IMG/VR virus record: IMGVR_UViG_3300028920_000001
Span: 310,001 to 374,000 of that record
DNA length: 64,000 nt
Reading direction: 5' to 3' (one strand)
Shown here: one piece after another, positions 8,563 to 17,794 of the stretch
How the letters are laid out: the number at the start of each line of letters is the position of its first letter
Position numbering within the stretch: position 1 is the stretch's first letter
Translations under genes and position numbers: made by a program
Notes under the pieces: model-generated
Seen by the model: the letters and a program-made list of their open reading frames with translations, nothing else
The model's database searches: none
Told to the model about the DNA's origin: nothing

Positions 8563-8877
8563 GTGGAATTTAGGGATTACTACAACAGTATTTTTGATTA
8601 TTTAAACAAACATCCGGGTCAGACTATCTTAGATTATGATAATCCACCAGGTCCTAAAACTCATTTTATTATTCTTGAAACTAGACAGAAGTGGTTTACT
8701 TCACATTTAGAAATTTTTCAATTCATAAATTGCCTCCATAACCAAGAATTAAAAAAACGATTGTTAGAAGGTGTTGTTAGTATAGTAGCGCCATTAAACA
8801 ATCGTATTCCATATGAAAATATTGAGGCTTGGTTTATTGATAATAATTATCATACTGTTAAAATTCCAAAATCATAA
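8563..8877 (+). CDS. Hypothetical protein
   Basis: ORF track, 104 aa. Confidence 0.55.
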   Translation: MEFRDYYNSIFDYLNKHPGQTILDYDNPPGPKTHFIILETRQKWFTSHLEIFQFINCLHNQELKKRLLEGVVSIVAPLNNRIPYENIEAWFIDNNYHTVKIPKS

Positions 8878-9145
8878 CTAAGATGGTCATGATTTCTCCT
8901 TTAAATTCAAAATCTTGATCTTCACAAATTTTCATATCAAGGACGGTATTTGAGCCCATAGTAATTTGAACTGGAATTTGTAAAGAATTTGAATAATTTT
9001 GTGCTTTGAACTTAGGAAATTTTACAAGTTCTTCCATTAATTTATTAAAATATTCATTATTGATTTCAGCAATAGAATTGTCTGCAAAAATAATTTCAAA
9101 CATGTCATCAGACCACTGCTGAATATGAGTGATGACTTTATTCAT
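8858..9145 (-). CDS. Hypothetical protein
   Basis: ORF track, 95 aa. Confidence 0.5.
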   Translation of the reverse strand: MNKVITHIQQWSDDMFEIIFADNSIAEINNEYFNKLMEELVKFPKFKAQNYSNSLQIPVQITMGSNTVLDMKICEDQDFEFKGEIMTILVMILEF

Positions 9146-9189
9146 ACTAAATAATACATGATTTAATCTTTAATTTTCGAATTTTAGAT

Positions 9190-9774
9190 ATGAAATCAAG
9201 GCAAGCAAGTATTAATGATATGCTGAAAAAATTCCTTGATTTATTAGATAACTCTGTTGAAAAGTATATATCTTCAAATCGGGAAAACATTGAAAGAAAA
9301 TTACGGTATAAGGCTCAGCAACATAAAGTTGAGCTTTCAGATGAACAAGTCAATAATGTACTCGAGTATTTAGGTGATTGGATAGATAAAAATTTGCAAT
9401 TGCCGGATGATCAAATTCAGAGATTAGTTAATTCCCTGGCTGAACCAGCTAAATTACGTGATTTAATCGAAAAAGCTTTGAATGATGAAATTTATACTTT
9501 GAAACAAGAACGGGGCATGGTATCTCAAGCGTCTTTATGCTATATGGCAGCTCGGATTGCTGGAGCAGAAGGAACTGAACCTGATAAAGAGAAATTTAGA
9601 CAATCTCTTAAGACATTGGATGAATTAGCAGATGATGTTATGTCTGCAGCAGAAAATATAAAATCATTGGTTGAATACGCTAAAAGGCGCGCTCCGCAGG
9701 CTAAATGGCAGGAATTTATTGATGGTAATATAGCTAAATATACTGAATTGAAAAAAATAATGCAAATTAACTAA
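9190..9774 (+). CDS. Helical hypothetical protein with RQAS and MAARIAG motifs
   Basis: 194 aa; internal SQASLCYMAARIAG. Confidence 0.7.
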   Translation: MKSRQASINDMLKKFLDLLDNSVEKYISSNRENIERKLRYKAQQHKVELSDEQVNNVLEYLGDWIDKNLQLPDDQIQRLVNSLAEPAKLRDLIEKALNDEIYTLKQERGMVSQASLCYMAARIAGAEGTEPDKEKFRQSLKTLDELADDVMSAAENIKSLVEYAKRRAPQAKWQEFIDGNIAKYTELKKIMQIN

Positions 9775-10349
9775 AAAGGTGCATCTTCATCAGGTCGAAT
9801 TGAAGTAAGTTCATCTTTTTCAATTTCTCTCCAACGTTTATTACAAGCTTTTACCCATTTAGCAGCTCGAGTCATTACTTCGATTCCTTCTTGTTCTATG
9901 TCTTTGCCATTTTCTTTAGTATTGAGATAACGATTAGTGGCCTTTCCTAATCTCCATAGACTTCGAAGTAAATCAGGTGGAACAAAGATGAATCCTCGTT
10001 CTCGTAATTTATTTAAAATGTCATCTAAATTATCTACTTGTTGATTCTCTTTATCAATTTTATCAATTTTCTTTTTTAATCTTTGTAAGCATTCGATTAC
10101 ATTTTCTTTGGTATGAATTTCATCTTCTAACCAATCATCAAGTCCGAATAAATTGGGGACATTGAGATCTGAAGTTATTTCATCTAAAATGGTATTCTTG
10201 TCTTGGCTAGACTTTGTGAATTTATCAATTACTTTTTCCAATAGAGTGTCTTTGGCCAGAGGTTTTTGGCAAGTAGATATAAATTCAATTATTTTTTGAA
10301 GGACATCCCTTAATTGAAATAATTCTGCACAGTTATAATCACGGAACAT
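9771..10349 (-). CDS. Helical hypothetical protein ending in acidic ...DEDAPF
   Basis: 192 aa; C-terminus RPDEDAPF. Confidence 0.65.
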   Translation of the reverse strand: MFRDYNCAELFQLRDVLQKIIEFISTCQKPLAKDTLLEKVIDKFTKSSQDKNTILDEITSDLNVPNLFGLDDWLEDEIHTKENVIECLQRLKKKIDKIDKENQQVDNLDDILNKLRERGFIFVPPDLLRSLWRLGKATNRYLNTKENGKDIEQEGIEVMTRAAKWVKACNKRWREIEKDELTSIRPDEDAPF

Positions 10350-10417
10350 ACTGAATTTTACGTTTGAATTATGGAAACGATCTATTAAATGATATAATTA
10401 TTTTGAGAACTATTTAT

Positions 10418-10609
10418 ATGAATTTATCTAAAATAGCAATTCGAATTGCAGGTTTGACTCAGCCTCTATCTGAACGTCCTGACTACGGGAGTCGTGAGTC
10501 TTCTCGAGGCTGTCCTAAATGCGGATTTGTTAAGGGAAATAATGGTGAAATCTATGATCCTACTTATCCCTGTCCTGGTTGTGGTAATGGTGGTGTAAAA
10601 TCTGGTTGA
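10418..10609 (+). CDS. Small zinc-ribbon protein with N-terminal IAIRIA motif
   Basis: Start reassigned to MNLSKIAIRIAG; CPKCG...CPGCG; TATAAT 19 nt upstream. Confidence 0.7.
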   Translation: MNLSKIAIRIAGLTQPLSERPDYGSRESSRGCPKCGFVKGNNGEIYDPTYPCPGCGNGGVKSG

Positions 10610-10683
10610 AAATAATATTAATCTTTTTATAATCAGATCTTCGTTCATCTAGTAGAGTACTCCTAGATGATAGGAGTCCAACA

Positions 10684-11700
10684 ATGGCTGAGATGATAAA
10701 ATGGAAGAGGGGTCAATTTTTCACTTTTTACGCTCAGATGAAGATCCGAGTGGGAGGATTGAACGGCCAGCCGGATATTGAAATTGCGGCTGGAGATGAA
10801 TTTGAATATGATGGTAGCATTTGTAAATATGCAGGTGCTGAATATCCTCAGCAAGGGCTCCGAGGGGCCGTTCGAGAGGGTTGGGCTACTACTGAGGAGG
10901 ATGCCGGGATTCCTGAAGGTAGGACTGCGGCTCGAAATGTAGCAGAGGCTCAATCTGTGAATCGAGATCTGAGTCGGGTTCAACGTCGTTCGGCCGCTCA
11001 GCCTATTGAGCAAGATTCTTTAGACGAAGAAACTGTTTTAGAAATTGGAGATCGGGAAGCTGCGATGGACCCTGTCACTCGTAAGGGCCATCTGACAGCT
11101 AGGGACAATCGTGGTCGTCAACTTAGGTCGGCTCGAGGAATGGAAATCGAGCAAAGTGACTTGGATGAACAGGACCATACCCCTATTTCACCTATCAAAT
11201 CACCTGCGAAGATTAAGGTAGATGTTACTGCTAATCCTAATGCGGCCCGGGACATCGAGATGCGATCTGTGGATCAAGGATATGGCCGATATGCAGGTAA
11301 GAAACCGGGTCGTTCGAATGTAATTGTAAGGGAGGGAGTTGAGATCCGAACTGACGTAAGGGGCGACTCCGCAATTGGTGGCGAAGAGACTGGAACGGTA
11401 GTTAGTCCGGTCCGTAACGTTTCCCAGAGGAAAGCTAAGATGGATAAAGAGAATAACAAGAAGCCCGTTAAGAAAGCCTCCAAGAAGAACCAGGGTATGT
11501 CCCCCAAACTTCAAAAGGCCGTCGAGCTTTATGCTGATTTCCCTCGTGATTGGAATTTCTTTGGGAAGACTGAAGAAAAGATCGCCAAGCTCAAGGAAAT
11601 CAGCCCTGACGCTGAGTTGCTGAATGCTCTATACGCTTCTGAAAGCAAATCAACTAAGGAAGCTCTGAAGAAAGCTTATCCAAAGCACTCCTTTTCCTGA
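10684..11700 (+). CDS. Hypothetical phage protein
   Basis: 338 aa, SD AGGAG, charged low-complexity middle. Confidence 0.8.
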   Translation: MAEMIKWKRGQFFTFYAQMKIRVGGLNGQPDIEIAAGDEFEYDGSICKYAGAEYPQQGLRGAVREGWATTEEDAGIPEGRTAARNVAEAQSVNRDLSRVQRRSAAQPIEQDSLDEETVLEIGDREAAMDPVTRKGHLTARDNRGRQLRSARGMEIEQSDLDEQDHTPISPIKSPAKIKVDVTANPNAARDIEMRSVDQGYGRYAGKKPGRSNVIVREGVEIRTDVRGDSAIGGEETGTVVSPVRNVSQRKAKMDKENNKKPVKKASKKNQGMSPKLQKAVELYADFPRDWNFFGKTEEKIAKLKEISPDAELLNALYASESKSTKEALKKAYPKHSFS

Positions 11701-11714
11701 TTTCAAGCTTTGAT

Positions 11715-12089
11715 GTGGCGGTCCTATTGATGCAGTATAGGACCGCCACTGGGGCAACTATATATCTTCAGGAGGAGCTTTCTACATCGAGACTTCATAC
11801 TGAAAATATAAAGCATTTAATTGTTAGAGCTTATGATTTAATTAACGCCAGTGAGAATCGAGACCACTTTTTTGCTGTGGCTGGCGATATCATTTATTCA
11901 CTTCCTCGAGAAGTTGAAGCGCTGGAACGTTCACTTAATGCTAGCGCAATGGCGGTCAATAAAATTGATTATGAAGAATTGCGCCAAGCCTTAAGACCTG
12001 ATAAAATAGATGAGTTGGAGCGAGTTTTAGATGATGTCCGACTCAAAATCCCAAGACGTACAGGTAAACTCCCAGTCATTGAAGAATAA
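11715..12089 (+). CDS. Hypothetical helical protein
   Basis: ORF track, 124 aa. Confidence 0.65.
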   Translation: MAVLLMQYRTATGATIYLQEELSTSRLHTENIKHLIVRAYDLINASENRDHFFAVAGDIIYSLPREVEALERSLNASAMAVNKIDYEELRQALRPDKIDELERVLDDVRLKIPRRTGKLPVIEE

Positions 12090-13518
12090 TTATCTGGATT
12101 ATATTATTGGTGAGTATGATAAAATCACAGATAGAACTATTGTAATTGCAAAGTGCAAATTTTGTGGGTCTCATTGTGAAATTAAAGTAAAGAATTTAAA
12201 AGCAATTATTCGTAGTAAACATATTTTTCAATGCAGAAGTTGTTCAATTAAGGCACTATGGAAGAAACCTGAGTATATAAGTAAAATTAGGCAAACTCAA
12301 ATAGCAGTATGGTCTGATTCTGAAACTAAGGATAAAATTTCATATAAGTCAAAGCTTGTATGGCAGGACGCTGAATATAGGAAAAAACAAGAAGAAATTC
12401 ATTCGGATCCAGAGTATCTTAATAAAACTGCAGATTATTCTAGAAAATTATGGGAAAGAAATGGATTTAGGAGGAATCAAGAAAAAATAAGGTCTGATCC
12501 AGAATGGTTAAAAGAGCATGCCGAGCGTTCTCGTAAATTATGGAAGGATCAGATTTATAAAATTAAGCAAAGTAAAGCTAGATTAGAATGGTTAAATACC
12601 TGTAAAGATTCAGGGATTGAGAGAACAACGCAATCTTTGTTACACTTATTGGGTGTTGAATTCAAAATTCATTATCAAATTGGTCATTATGAATTTGATA
12701 TTTTTGTCTCCTCTCATAATTTATTAATTGAATGTCAAGGAGAATACTGGCATAGTACGAAACAAGCTAAACGACGGGATGCTGCCAAGGCTTCTTATAT
12801 CCATGAATATTTTCCTGATTATAGAATACTATATCTATATGAGAGAGAATTTTTAAATCCTAATTTAGTGAAACAAAAATTAGAGCAAGCATTACATCGA
12901 ATAAGTCCTGATATTAAAATTCAACATTTCGATTTAAATTCAGTTACGATTATGAAATTATCTGTTAAAAATAAATTACAAAAATCTTTTTATTCAGAGC
13001 CTGAAGAATTTCTTCAATCATTTCATTATGCGGGCTTTGGAAGATCAGCTAAAGTAATTTACGGGGCTTATTTAGGTGATAAGTTAACTGCTGTATGTAA
13101 ATTTTCTAGGATTATACGGCAAGAAGTTGCTACGTCTATGAAATTAAAGCCATCAGAAGTCCTGGAATTAGATAGGTTTTGTATTCATCCGGAATATCAA
13201 AAGAAGAATTTCGCCTCTTGGTTTATTTCTCGTTGTTCTAAATTAATATTTCAAGAATATGAAATTAAATGTCTGGTGTCATTTGCTGATTTAACATTTG
13301 GGCACACTGGGATTATTTACAAGGCTGCTAATTGGGAAGAGATAGGAAAGATTCGACCTGATTATTATTATGTCTCAGAGGATGGATTTATTCTTCATAA
13401 GAAAACTTTGTATAATCGAGCTCGAAAAATGGGTATGACCGAACGGAAATATGTAGAAGAATATAAATATACTAGGACTTATGGGAAAGGAAAAATTAAA
13501 TATATTCTAAAACGCTAA
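12031..13518 (+). CDS. Vsr/DUF559-type endonuclease fused to Mom-like GNAT-fold domain
   Basis: N-terminal CxxC pairs and W-x7 repeats; YEFDIF...LIECQGEYWHS...RRDAAK; C-terminal FHYAG, ELDRFCI, SFAD, GIIYKAANW. Confidence 0.7.
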   Translation: MMSDSKSQDVQVNSQSLKNNYLDYIIGEYDKITDRTIVIAKCKFCGSHCEIKVKNLKAIIRSKHIFQCRSCSIKALWKKPEYISKIRQTQIAVWSDSETKDKISYKSKLVWQDAEYRKKQEEIHSDPEYLNKTADYSRKLWERNGFRRNQEKIRSDPEWLKEHAERSRKLWKDQIYKIKQSKARLEWLNTCKDSGIERTTQSLLHLLGVEFKIHYQIGHYEFDIFVSSHNLLIECQGEYWHSTKQAKRRDAAKASYIHEYFPDYRILYLYEREFLNPNLVKQKLEQALHRISPDIKIQHFDLNSVTIMKLSVKNKLQKSFYSEPEEFLQSFHYAGFGRSAKVIYGAYLGDKLTAVCKFSRIIRQEVATSMKLKPSEVLELDRFCIHPEYQKKNFASWFISRCSKLIFQEYEIKCLVSFADLTFGHTGIIYKAANWEEIGKIRPDYYYVSEDGFILHKKTLYNRARKMGMTERKYVEEYKYTRTYGKGKIKYILKR

Positions 13519-13533
13519 TACTTAATATGTAAT

Positions 13534-14808
13534 ATGAGTGACGATATTCATGGCTTTATTTTAAGTGAAGCCGCACTTTATTCATTTAAAGCTCAGGATG
13601 TATTTCCTGACTTAATTAGTTTCTGTGCTGCTATTCCGGATCATTTACGACCGTTATTTTTAATTCCAATTCAACTTGATACTAATTCTGATGTTCCCTA
13701 CGGGAATTTGGCTTCCGTGGCTTCTAGAGTGGCTTCATATACTTATATGGATGGTATGCACAATGCTACTCCAGAAGGGGAACTATTTAGCTATCAAACC
13801 TTTGTTTATGACGAAGATGAACCACCTTTAATTCCTAGTTCTGAACCTGGTTCAATTCACAATAAAGATACTGGTCCAACTAAAACGCATCATCAAGAGG
13901 ATCCTGAGGAGGACGAGAATATTCAAGTTCCAACTGATACTTCATATATGTCAGATGTGGATATGACCCAATATTGGGATTATCCATATCGAAGTGAAGA
14001 ACAACCTCGTCACTCTTCAATTATGATTGCTGCTCGTTCTTTAGCTCGGAGAGTTGCCCTTAAAACTGAACAGCTTGAGACTAAGGCTCCGGAAGAAATT
14101 CAAGATCGGGCTGAGACTTGTTTGGTCAATTTTATTTCTTATGATAAGAGGGGTCGAGTTTTTACTTTTGAAGTAAATTGTGGAAATGTTCCTCGGACGG
14201 TTAGAGCAGCCATGTCAGATATTGATCATGTTGCTTTGACGTGTAATTGTCCGTTTTGGCAATACGGTGGTCCTGAATTTCATGCTAAAGAGAACCGTTA
14301 TCTTTTAGGTCCTCCTCGGGGAACTGCTACTCCTCCTGATATTCGAGATCCAGATAGAAAATTTTTTCTTTGTAAACATGCTTATGCTGTTTTAGCTCGC
14401 CTTGATCATTTTGTAGAACGAATTGTTGAGGAGAATTGGGACTTGGATGATGCAGAATTACTAGAAATAATTGATAAAGAATGGGATAAACTTGAGCCTA
14501 CTGCTCAGATTGATCTTGATGAAGCTATAGAGGAAGAACCCGAAATAGAGGAAATAGAAGAAGAGCCTGAGGGGGCTGAAGAAGAGCCTGAAGAGGCTGA
14601 GGCTGAGGTTGAAGAAGAGTCTGAAGAGCCTGAGGTTGAAGAAGAGCCTGAGGAGGCTGAGGCTGAAGAGCCTGAGGAGGCTGAGGAGGCTGAGCCTGAG
14701 GAGGCTGAGGCTGAGGCTGAAGAGCCTGAGGAGGCTGAGGCTGAAGAGCCTGAGGAGGCTGAGGCTGAAGAGCCTGAGGCTGAAGAAGAGGAAGAAAAAG
14801 AAAAATAG
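13534..14808 (+). CDS. SWIM zinc-finger protein with long acidic tail
   Basis: LTCNCPFW...FLCKHAYAVL (CxC...CxH); C-terminal ~95 aa of E/A/P repeats. Confidence 0.75.
   Translation: MSDDIHGFILSEAALYSFKAQDVFPDLISFCAAIPDHLRPLFLIPIQLDTNSDVPYGNLASVASRVASYTYMDGMHNATPEGELFSYQTFVYDEDEPPLIPSSEPGSIHNKDTGPTKTHHQEDPEEDENIQVPTDTSYMSDVDMTQYWDYPYRSEEQPRHSSIMIAARSLARRVALKTEQLETKAPEEIQDRAETCLVNFISYDKRGRVFTFEVNCGNVPRTVRAAMSDIDHVALTCNCPFWQYGGPEFHAKENRYLLGPPRGTATPPDIRDPDRKFFLCKHAYAVLARLDHFVERIVEENWDLDDAELLEIIDKEWDKLEPTAQIDLDEAIEEEPEIEEIEEEPEGAEEEPEEAEAEVEEESEEPEVEEEPEEAEAEEPEEAEEAEPEEAEAEAEEPEEAEAEEPEEAEAEEPEAEEEEEKEK
14560..14795 (+). repeat. Low-complexity tandem repeat encoding (EEPEEAEA)n
   Basis: Repeated GAAGAGCCTGAGGAGGCTGAGGCT units. 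Confidence 0.85.
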
Positions 14809-14819
14809 TATAGTGATAT

Positions 14820-15236
14820 ATGTTATATGATTATGAATGTACTAAATGTGGGAATATTCAAGAAGAAGAAGCTAGGGTAGCTGAATTTAAAGAATTTGAG
14901 CCTACCTGCAATGAATGTGGGGGTAAATGTAAATATCATTTTACCCCAACTGTGATTCAGTTTGCTTTAAAAGATGGCCCATCTGGATCTTGGCCATCTA
15001 AGGGAAACAGATTTAAAAATTATCGAGCTAAGCAGAGCGAGGCGGTTAAAAAGCGTCAACGTGAAAGATATGGGGGTGGTAATAAATTAATTCCGAATTA
15101 TAGAGGCCAACGGACCGAAGATTGGCGGGAAGCTCAATCTATGGCTATGCAAGATAAAGATAATCCTGATTCTTTAGCGACTGCATCTACTTATAACGAA
15201 CAAATCAACAAAGAGAAGGCCGCTAAAGCTAAATAG
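14820..15236 (+). CDS. FmdB-family zinc-ribbon protein
   Basis: MLYDYECTKCG...PTCNECGG. Confidence 0.75.
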   Translation: MLYDYECTKCGNIQEEEARVAEFKEFEPTCNECGGKCKYHFTPTVIQFALKDGPSGSWPSKGNRFKNYRAKQSEAVKKRQRERYGGGNKLIPNYRGQRTEDWREAQSMAMQDKDNPDSLATASTYNEQINKEKAAKAK

Positions 15237-15274
15237 TTTAATTCCCAGGCCTTTAATTTCTCAGTAAATCCGAG

Positions 15275-15964
15275 ATGCCTCGATCTATATCTGTAACTCG
15301 TCGTAAGCCAGATTTAATTGATTTGTTCGTTGAGAAACGAGCAGGTGTGACTGGGTTCCAGTTTTCTGTAGCTGCTAATTTTGACTCTGCTTTAACTGTT
15401 TTTCAGGAAATACCAATTTATGGATATGCTTCCCCTTCAGTTATAGGAAACGCTACTATTAATAAGTATGCTGGGGCGATAGGCAATCAGTATCGGAATA
15501 AAACTCGGTTTGTATTTGCTCCGTCTGATTATACTGCGTCTGTTGCTGCGATGCGCGATGATAAGCCTATATATTTAAGTATTAAACAGCGAAATGCTGA
15601 TGGTAGTTTAGGTGCCGCTGAAGCATTACATATGATTGTGCCTCCTCCATGGCCTGGTCGCCGGCCGATCATGTTACGTGGAACAGTTCCACTTGGTGCT
15701 AATATAGCAGCTTCTTTGGAAATCCAGCTTCCTATGTCTTGTTATGATTGGGAGATTCAAAATGGCGGAGCTGCTGATATGTATATTGCTTTTGAGCGGG
15801 GTGTAGGAACTACAACAGATCCGGAATTCAGACTACCTCCTGCTACTTCAGTATTTAGGAGTTTAGAGCAGTACGCAACTAATATTTCTCAAATATTTTT
15901 GCGGGGAGCCGGTGCTAGCACAATAATTGATGGAATATTTACGGCACGTAATGAAGAACTTTAA
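15275..15964 (+). CDS. Putative virion structural protein
   Basis: Beta-rich 229 aa in structural gene run. Confidence 0.6.
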   Translation: MPRSISVTRRKPDLIDLFVEKRAGVTGFQFSVAANFDSALTVFQEIPIYGYASPSVIGNATINKYAGAIGNQYRNKTRFVFAPSDYTASVAAMRDDKPIYLSIKQRNADGSLGAAEALHMIVPPPWPGRRPIMLRGTVPLGANIAASLEIQLPMSCYDWEIQNGGAADMYIAFERGVGTTTDPEFRLPPATSVFRSLEQYATNISQIFLRGAGASTIIDGIFTARNEEL

Positions 15965-16004
15965 TTGTGGCTCTTTAATTGAGGTCCTAATTTAGGAGAA
16001 TTTC

Positions 16005-16568
16005 ATGGCTATCACCTATCTCAGAGTTGTAAACGAGCAGACTCTTAACCGCAGCATCTTGCTGGATAAAATTGATCGTGCTCAGGGAAATTTTGAGGGA
16101 TATGCTCAGAGAGTAAGGCATAAGGAACAAATTTATGTTCCTTATTCGAATCCACTTGATGCAAATGTCAAGGGATATTCTGACTTAATTGCCGGTGATC
16201 AAGTTTTAATGCAAGCTGAACCTGAAGGCAGTATTGGTGGATTGGTGGCAGCTGGTAAGCTTTCAGCTGCTTTGGTTAGCTCGACATTGGTAGCCACTCC
16301 TACTTTGACTAATGCTCAAGCCAATACTCCTGCTGGTAGCTCAACCTATACTGGGACTACATTTTTATCAGTTTCTCCTGATATCACTTATCTTGAATTG
16401 ACTAATGCAGGTGGCGGTATTCAGGTGATTGATGAAACATCATTTACTACTCATACAGCTACTTCTATTGTTATCCCTGATGCCAGTGTAACCGGTACAC
16501 CTGTTGCTGGTTGGAAGGCCAGGATTTTTGCGAACTCCAAGTGGAGTAACCAGTTCACGCTTGTCTAA
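16005..16568 (+). CDS. Putative virion structural protein (Ig-like C-terminus)
   Basis: SD AGGAG; T/A/G-rich beta composition; ends NSKWSNQFTLV. Confidence 0.65.
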   Translation: MAITYLRVVNEQTLNRSILLDKIDRAQGNFEGYAQRVRHKEQIYVPYSNPLDANVKGYSDLIAGDQVLMQAEPEGSIGGLVAAGKLSAALVSSTLVATPTLTNAQANTPAGSSTYTGTTFLSVSPDITYLELTNAGGGIQVIDETSFTTHTATSIVIPDASVTGTPVAGWKARIFANSKWSNQFTLV

Positions 16569-16586
16569 GAGACAGAGGAGAATACA

Positions 16587-17408
16587 ATGCGCGTAGCAAT
16601 GGTACGAACTGATCTTGATCGGATCTATCTCTCGGATCTCGAGAATAGCTCCCAGCGAAACTTCTCAAGTGAGCCGGTTGGGCAGAGTCGTTATGTTCAC
16701 CGTTTGACGGCGGCTGAGATTACGACTTTGTTAAGTGCAAATGCTCCTCTAACTCTGCTCGGATCTGTCGGTGCTGCGACGTTTGATACGTCAGTAAACG
16801 ATACCCTTGAGATCGGAACAGCGGCTGGTGTATTCACCGCAATTTCGGTTACCTCAGGTGCTGCCACTCCGATCGCAACTATAGTTGCTGATCTGAATGC
16901 TGGGTTCCTTGCCAATAATTTACCATTTGTAGCTGAGGCTTCTACAGATGCTGGTACCCTGAATCAGGTACGTATCAATACCACGACTCTTGGTCCGAGT
17001 GCTACATTGTACACGGATACGTTTGCTGGTGGCTCAACTCTGAATACTCCGCTTGGTCTGACCGATGGTGCGTCTCTTACGGGTTTAACTGCTGCCGCAT
17101 TTGCCGCTGCGGTTTATACTGGCGCACTTCCTAATCAAGATGTAGATATCACAGATGCTACTCTTCAGGGTCTTTCTACGTTTGATGATTTGGAAGATGC
17201 TGACGAAGCGGTTCTGCTTTTGGCGATTCGGGATGCTGTGGCTCCTAGAATTGTTGAAACTGGACAAGCTTTGCTGTCGTTTGCCTACGGTGTCACAGGT
17301 AAATTGACGGATGTGACTCTTCAGCCTGGTGGGACTCGAGCTGGCTATGCTGCAGGACGGGCTGCGGTGGTGAAGCTAGACGACGGGTCCGCTAATTTCA
17401 CTATTTAA
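16587..17408 (+). CDS. Putative virion structural protein sharing a module with tail-sheath insertions
   Basis: SD GAGGAG; VNDTLEI...IATIVADLNAG...QVRIN...LNTPLGL resembles sheath TNDTLTV...ATDIANDINGAG...HLRLN...ANGILGF. Confidence 0.65.
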   Translation: MRVAMVRTDLDRIYLSDLENSSQRNFSSEPVGQSRYVHRLTAAEITTLLSANAPLTLLGSVGAATFDTSVNDTLEIGTAAGVFTAISVTSGAATPIATIVADLNAGFLANNLPFVAEASTDAGTLNQVRINTTTLGPSATLYTDTFAGGSTLNTPLGLTDGASLTGLTAAAFAAAVYTGALPNQDVDITDATLQGLSTFDDLEDADEAVLLLAIRDAVAPRIVETGQALLSFAYGVTGKLTDVTLQPGGTRAGYAAGRAAVVKLDDGSANFTI

Positions 17409-17419
17409 TATTTGCCTCT

Positions 17420-17452
17420 TTGACCCCGGGTTTATTCTCCGCCCGGGGTCAA
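17420..17452 (+). terminator. GC-rich hairpin, probable terminator
   Basis: TTGACCCCGGG (17420-30) pairs with CCCGGGGTCAA (17442-52) just after stop 17408. Confidence 0.7.
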
Positions 17453-17506
17453 GAGTATTTCGTCAATTTTTTCTTAGTAAGGTTACTAAAATCATACGGA
17501 TATGAG

Positions 17507-17743
17507 ATGAGTACATCTGAAGAAATTGAAGTTCATGATATTTATTTTGCTGCTTATCTTAAAGTAGCTGAATGTGAATTGACTCGCCGCCGTAAGGAAG
17601 GCAGCCGATGGTATTTCGTATTCATTAATCCAGCAGGATCTTTAACTCAACTTCGTGAGGATTATTATTCAGGTAAAGGAAAAGTTTCTGCTGTTCGATA
17701 TGCTCAAGAAATTCAGAACATGAAACAGATGTGTTTCGGCTGA
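17507..17743 (+). CDS. DUF5659-like small phage protein
   Basis: Start moved to ATG 17507, downstream of the hairpin; DIYFAAYL...WYFVF...YYSG...VSAVRYAQEI. Confidence 0.65.
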   Translation: MSTSEEIEVHDIYFAAYLKVAECELTRRRKEGSRWYFVFINPAGSLTQLREDYYSGKGKVSAVRYAQEIQNMKQMCFG

Positions 17744-17794
17744 TTCGAAGGATCAAATTACACTAGAATTTTTATCAGCGTTTTCATATGAAAC

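Noticed and set aside
11715-14808. Group I intron or intein splitting one gene around the 12031 endonuclease
   Set aside because: No recognisable intron core or intein splice motifs; the flanking ORFs have their own starts and stops.
14609-14830. Arg/Leu/Lys-rich ORF (LRRLRLKS repeats)
   Set aside because: Alternative frame of the acidic repeat in 13534..14808.
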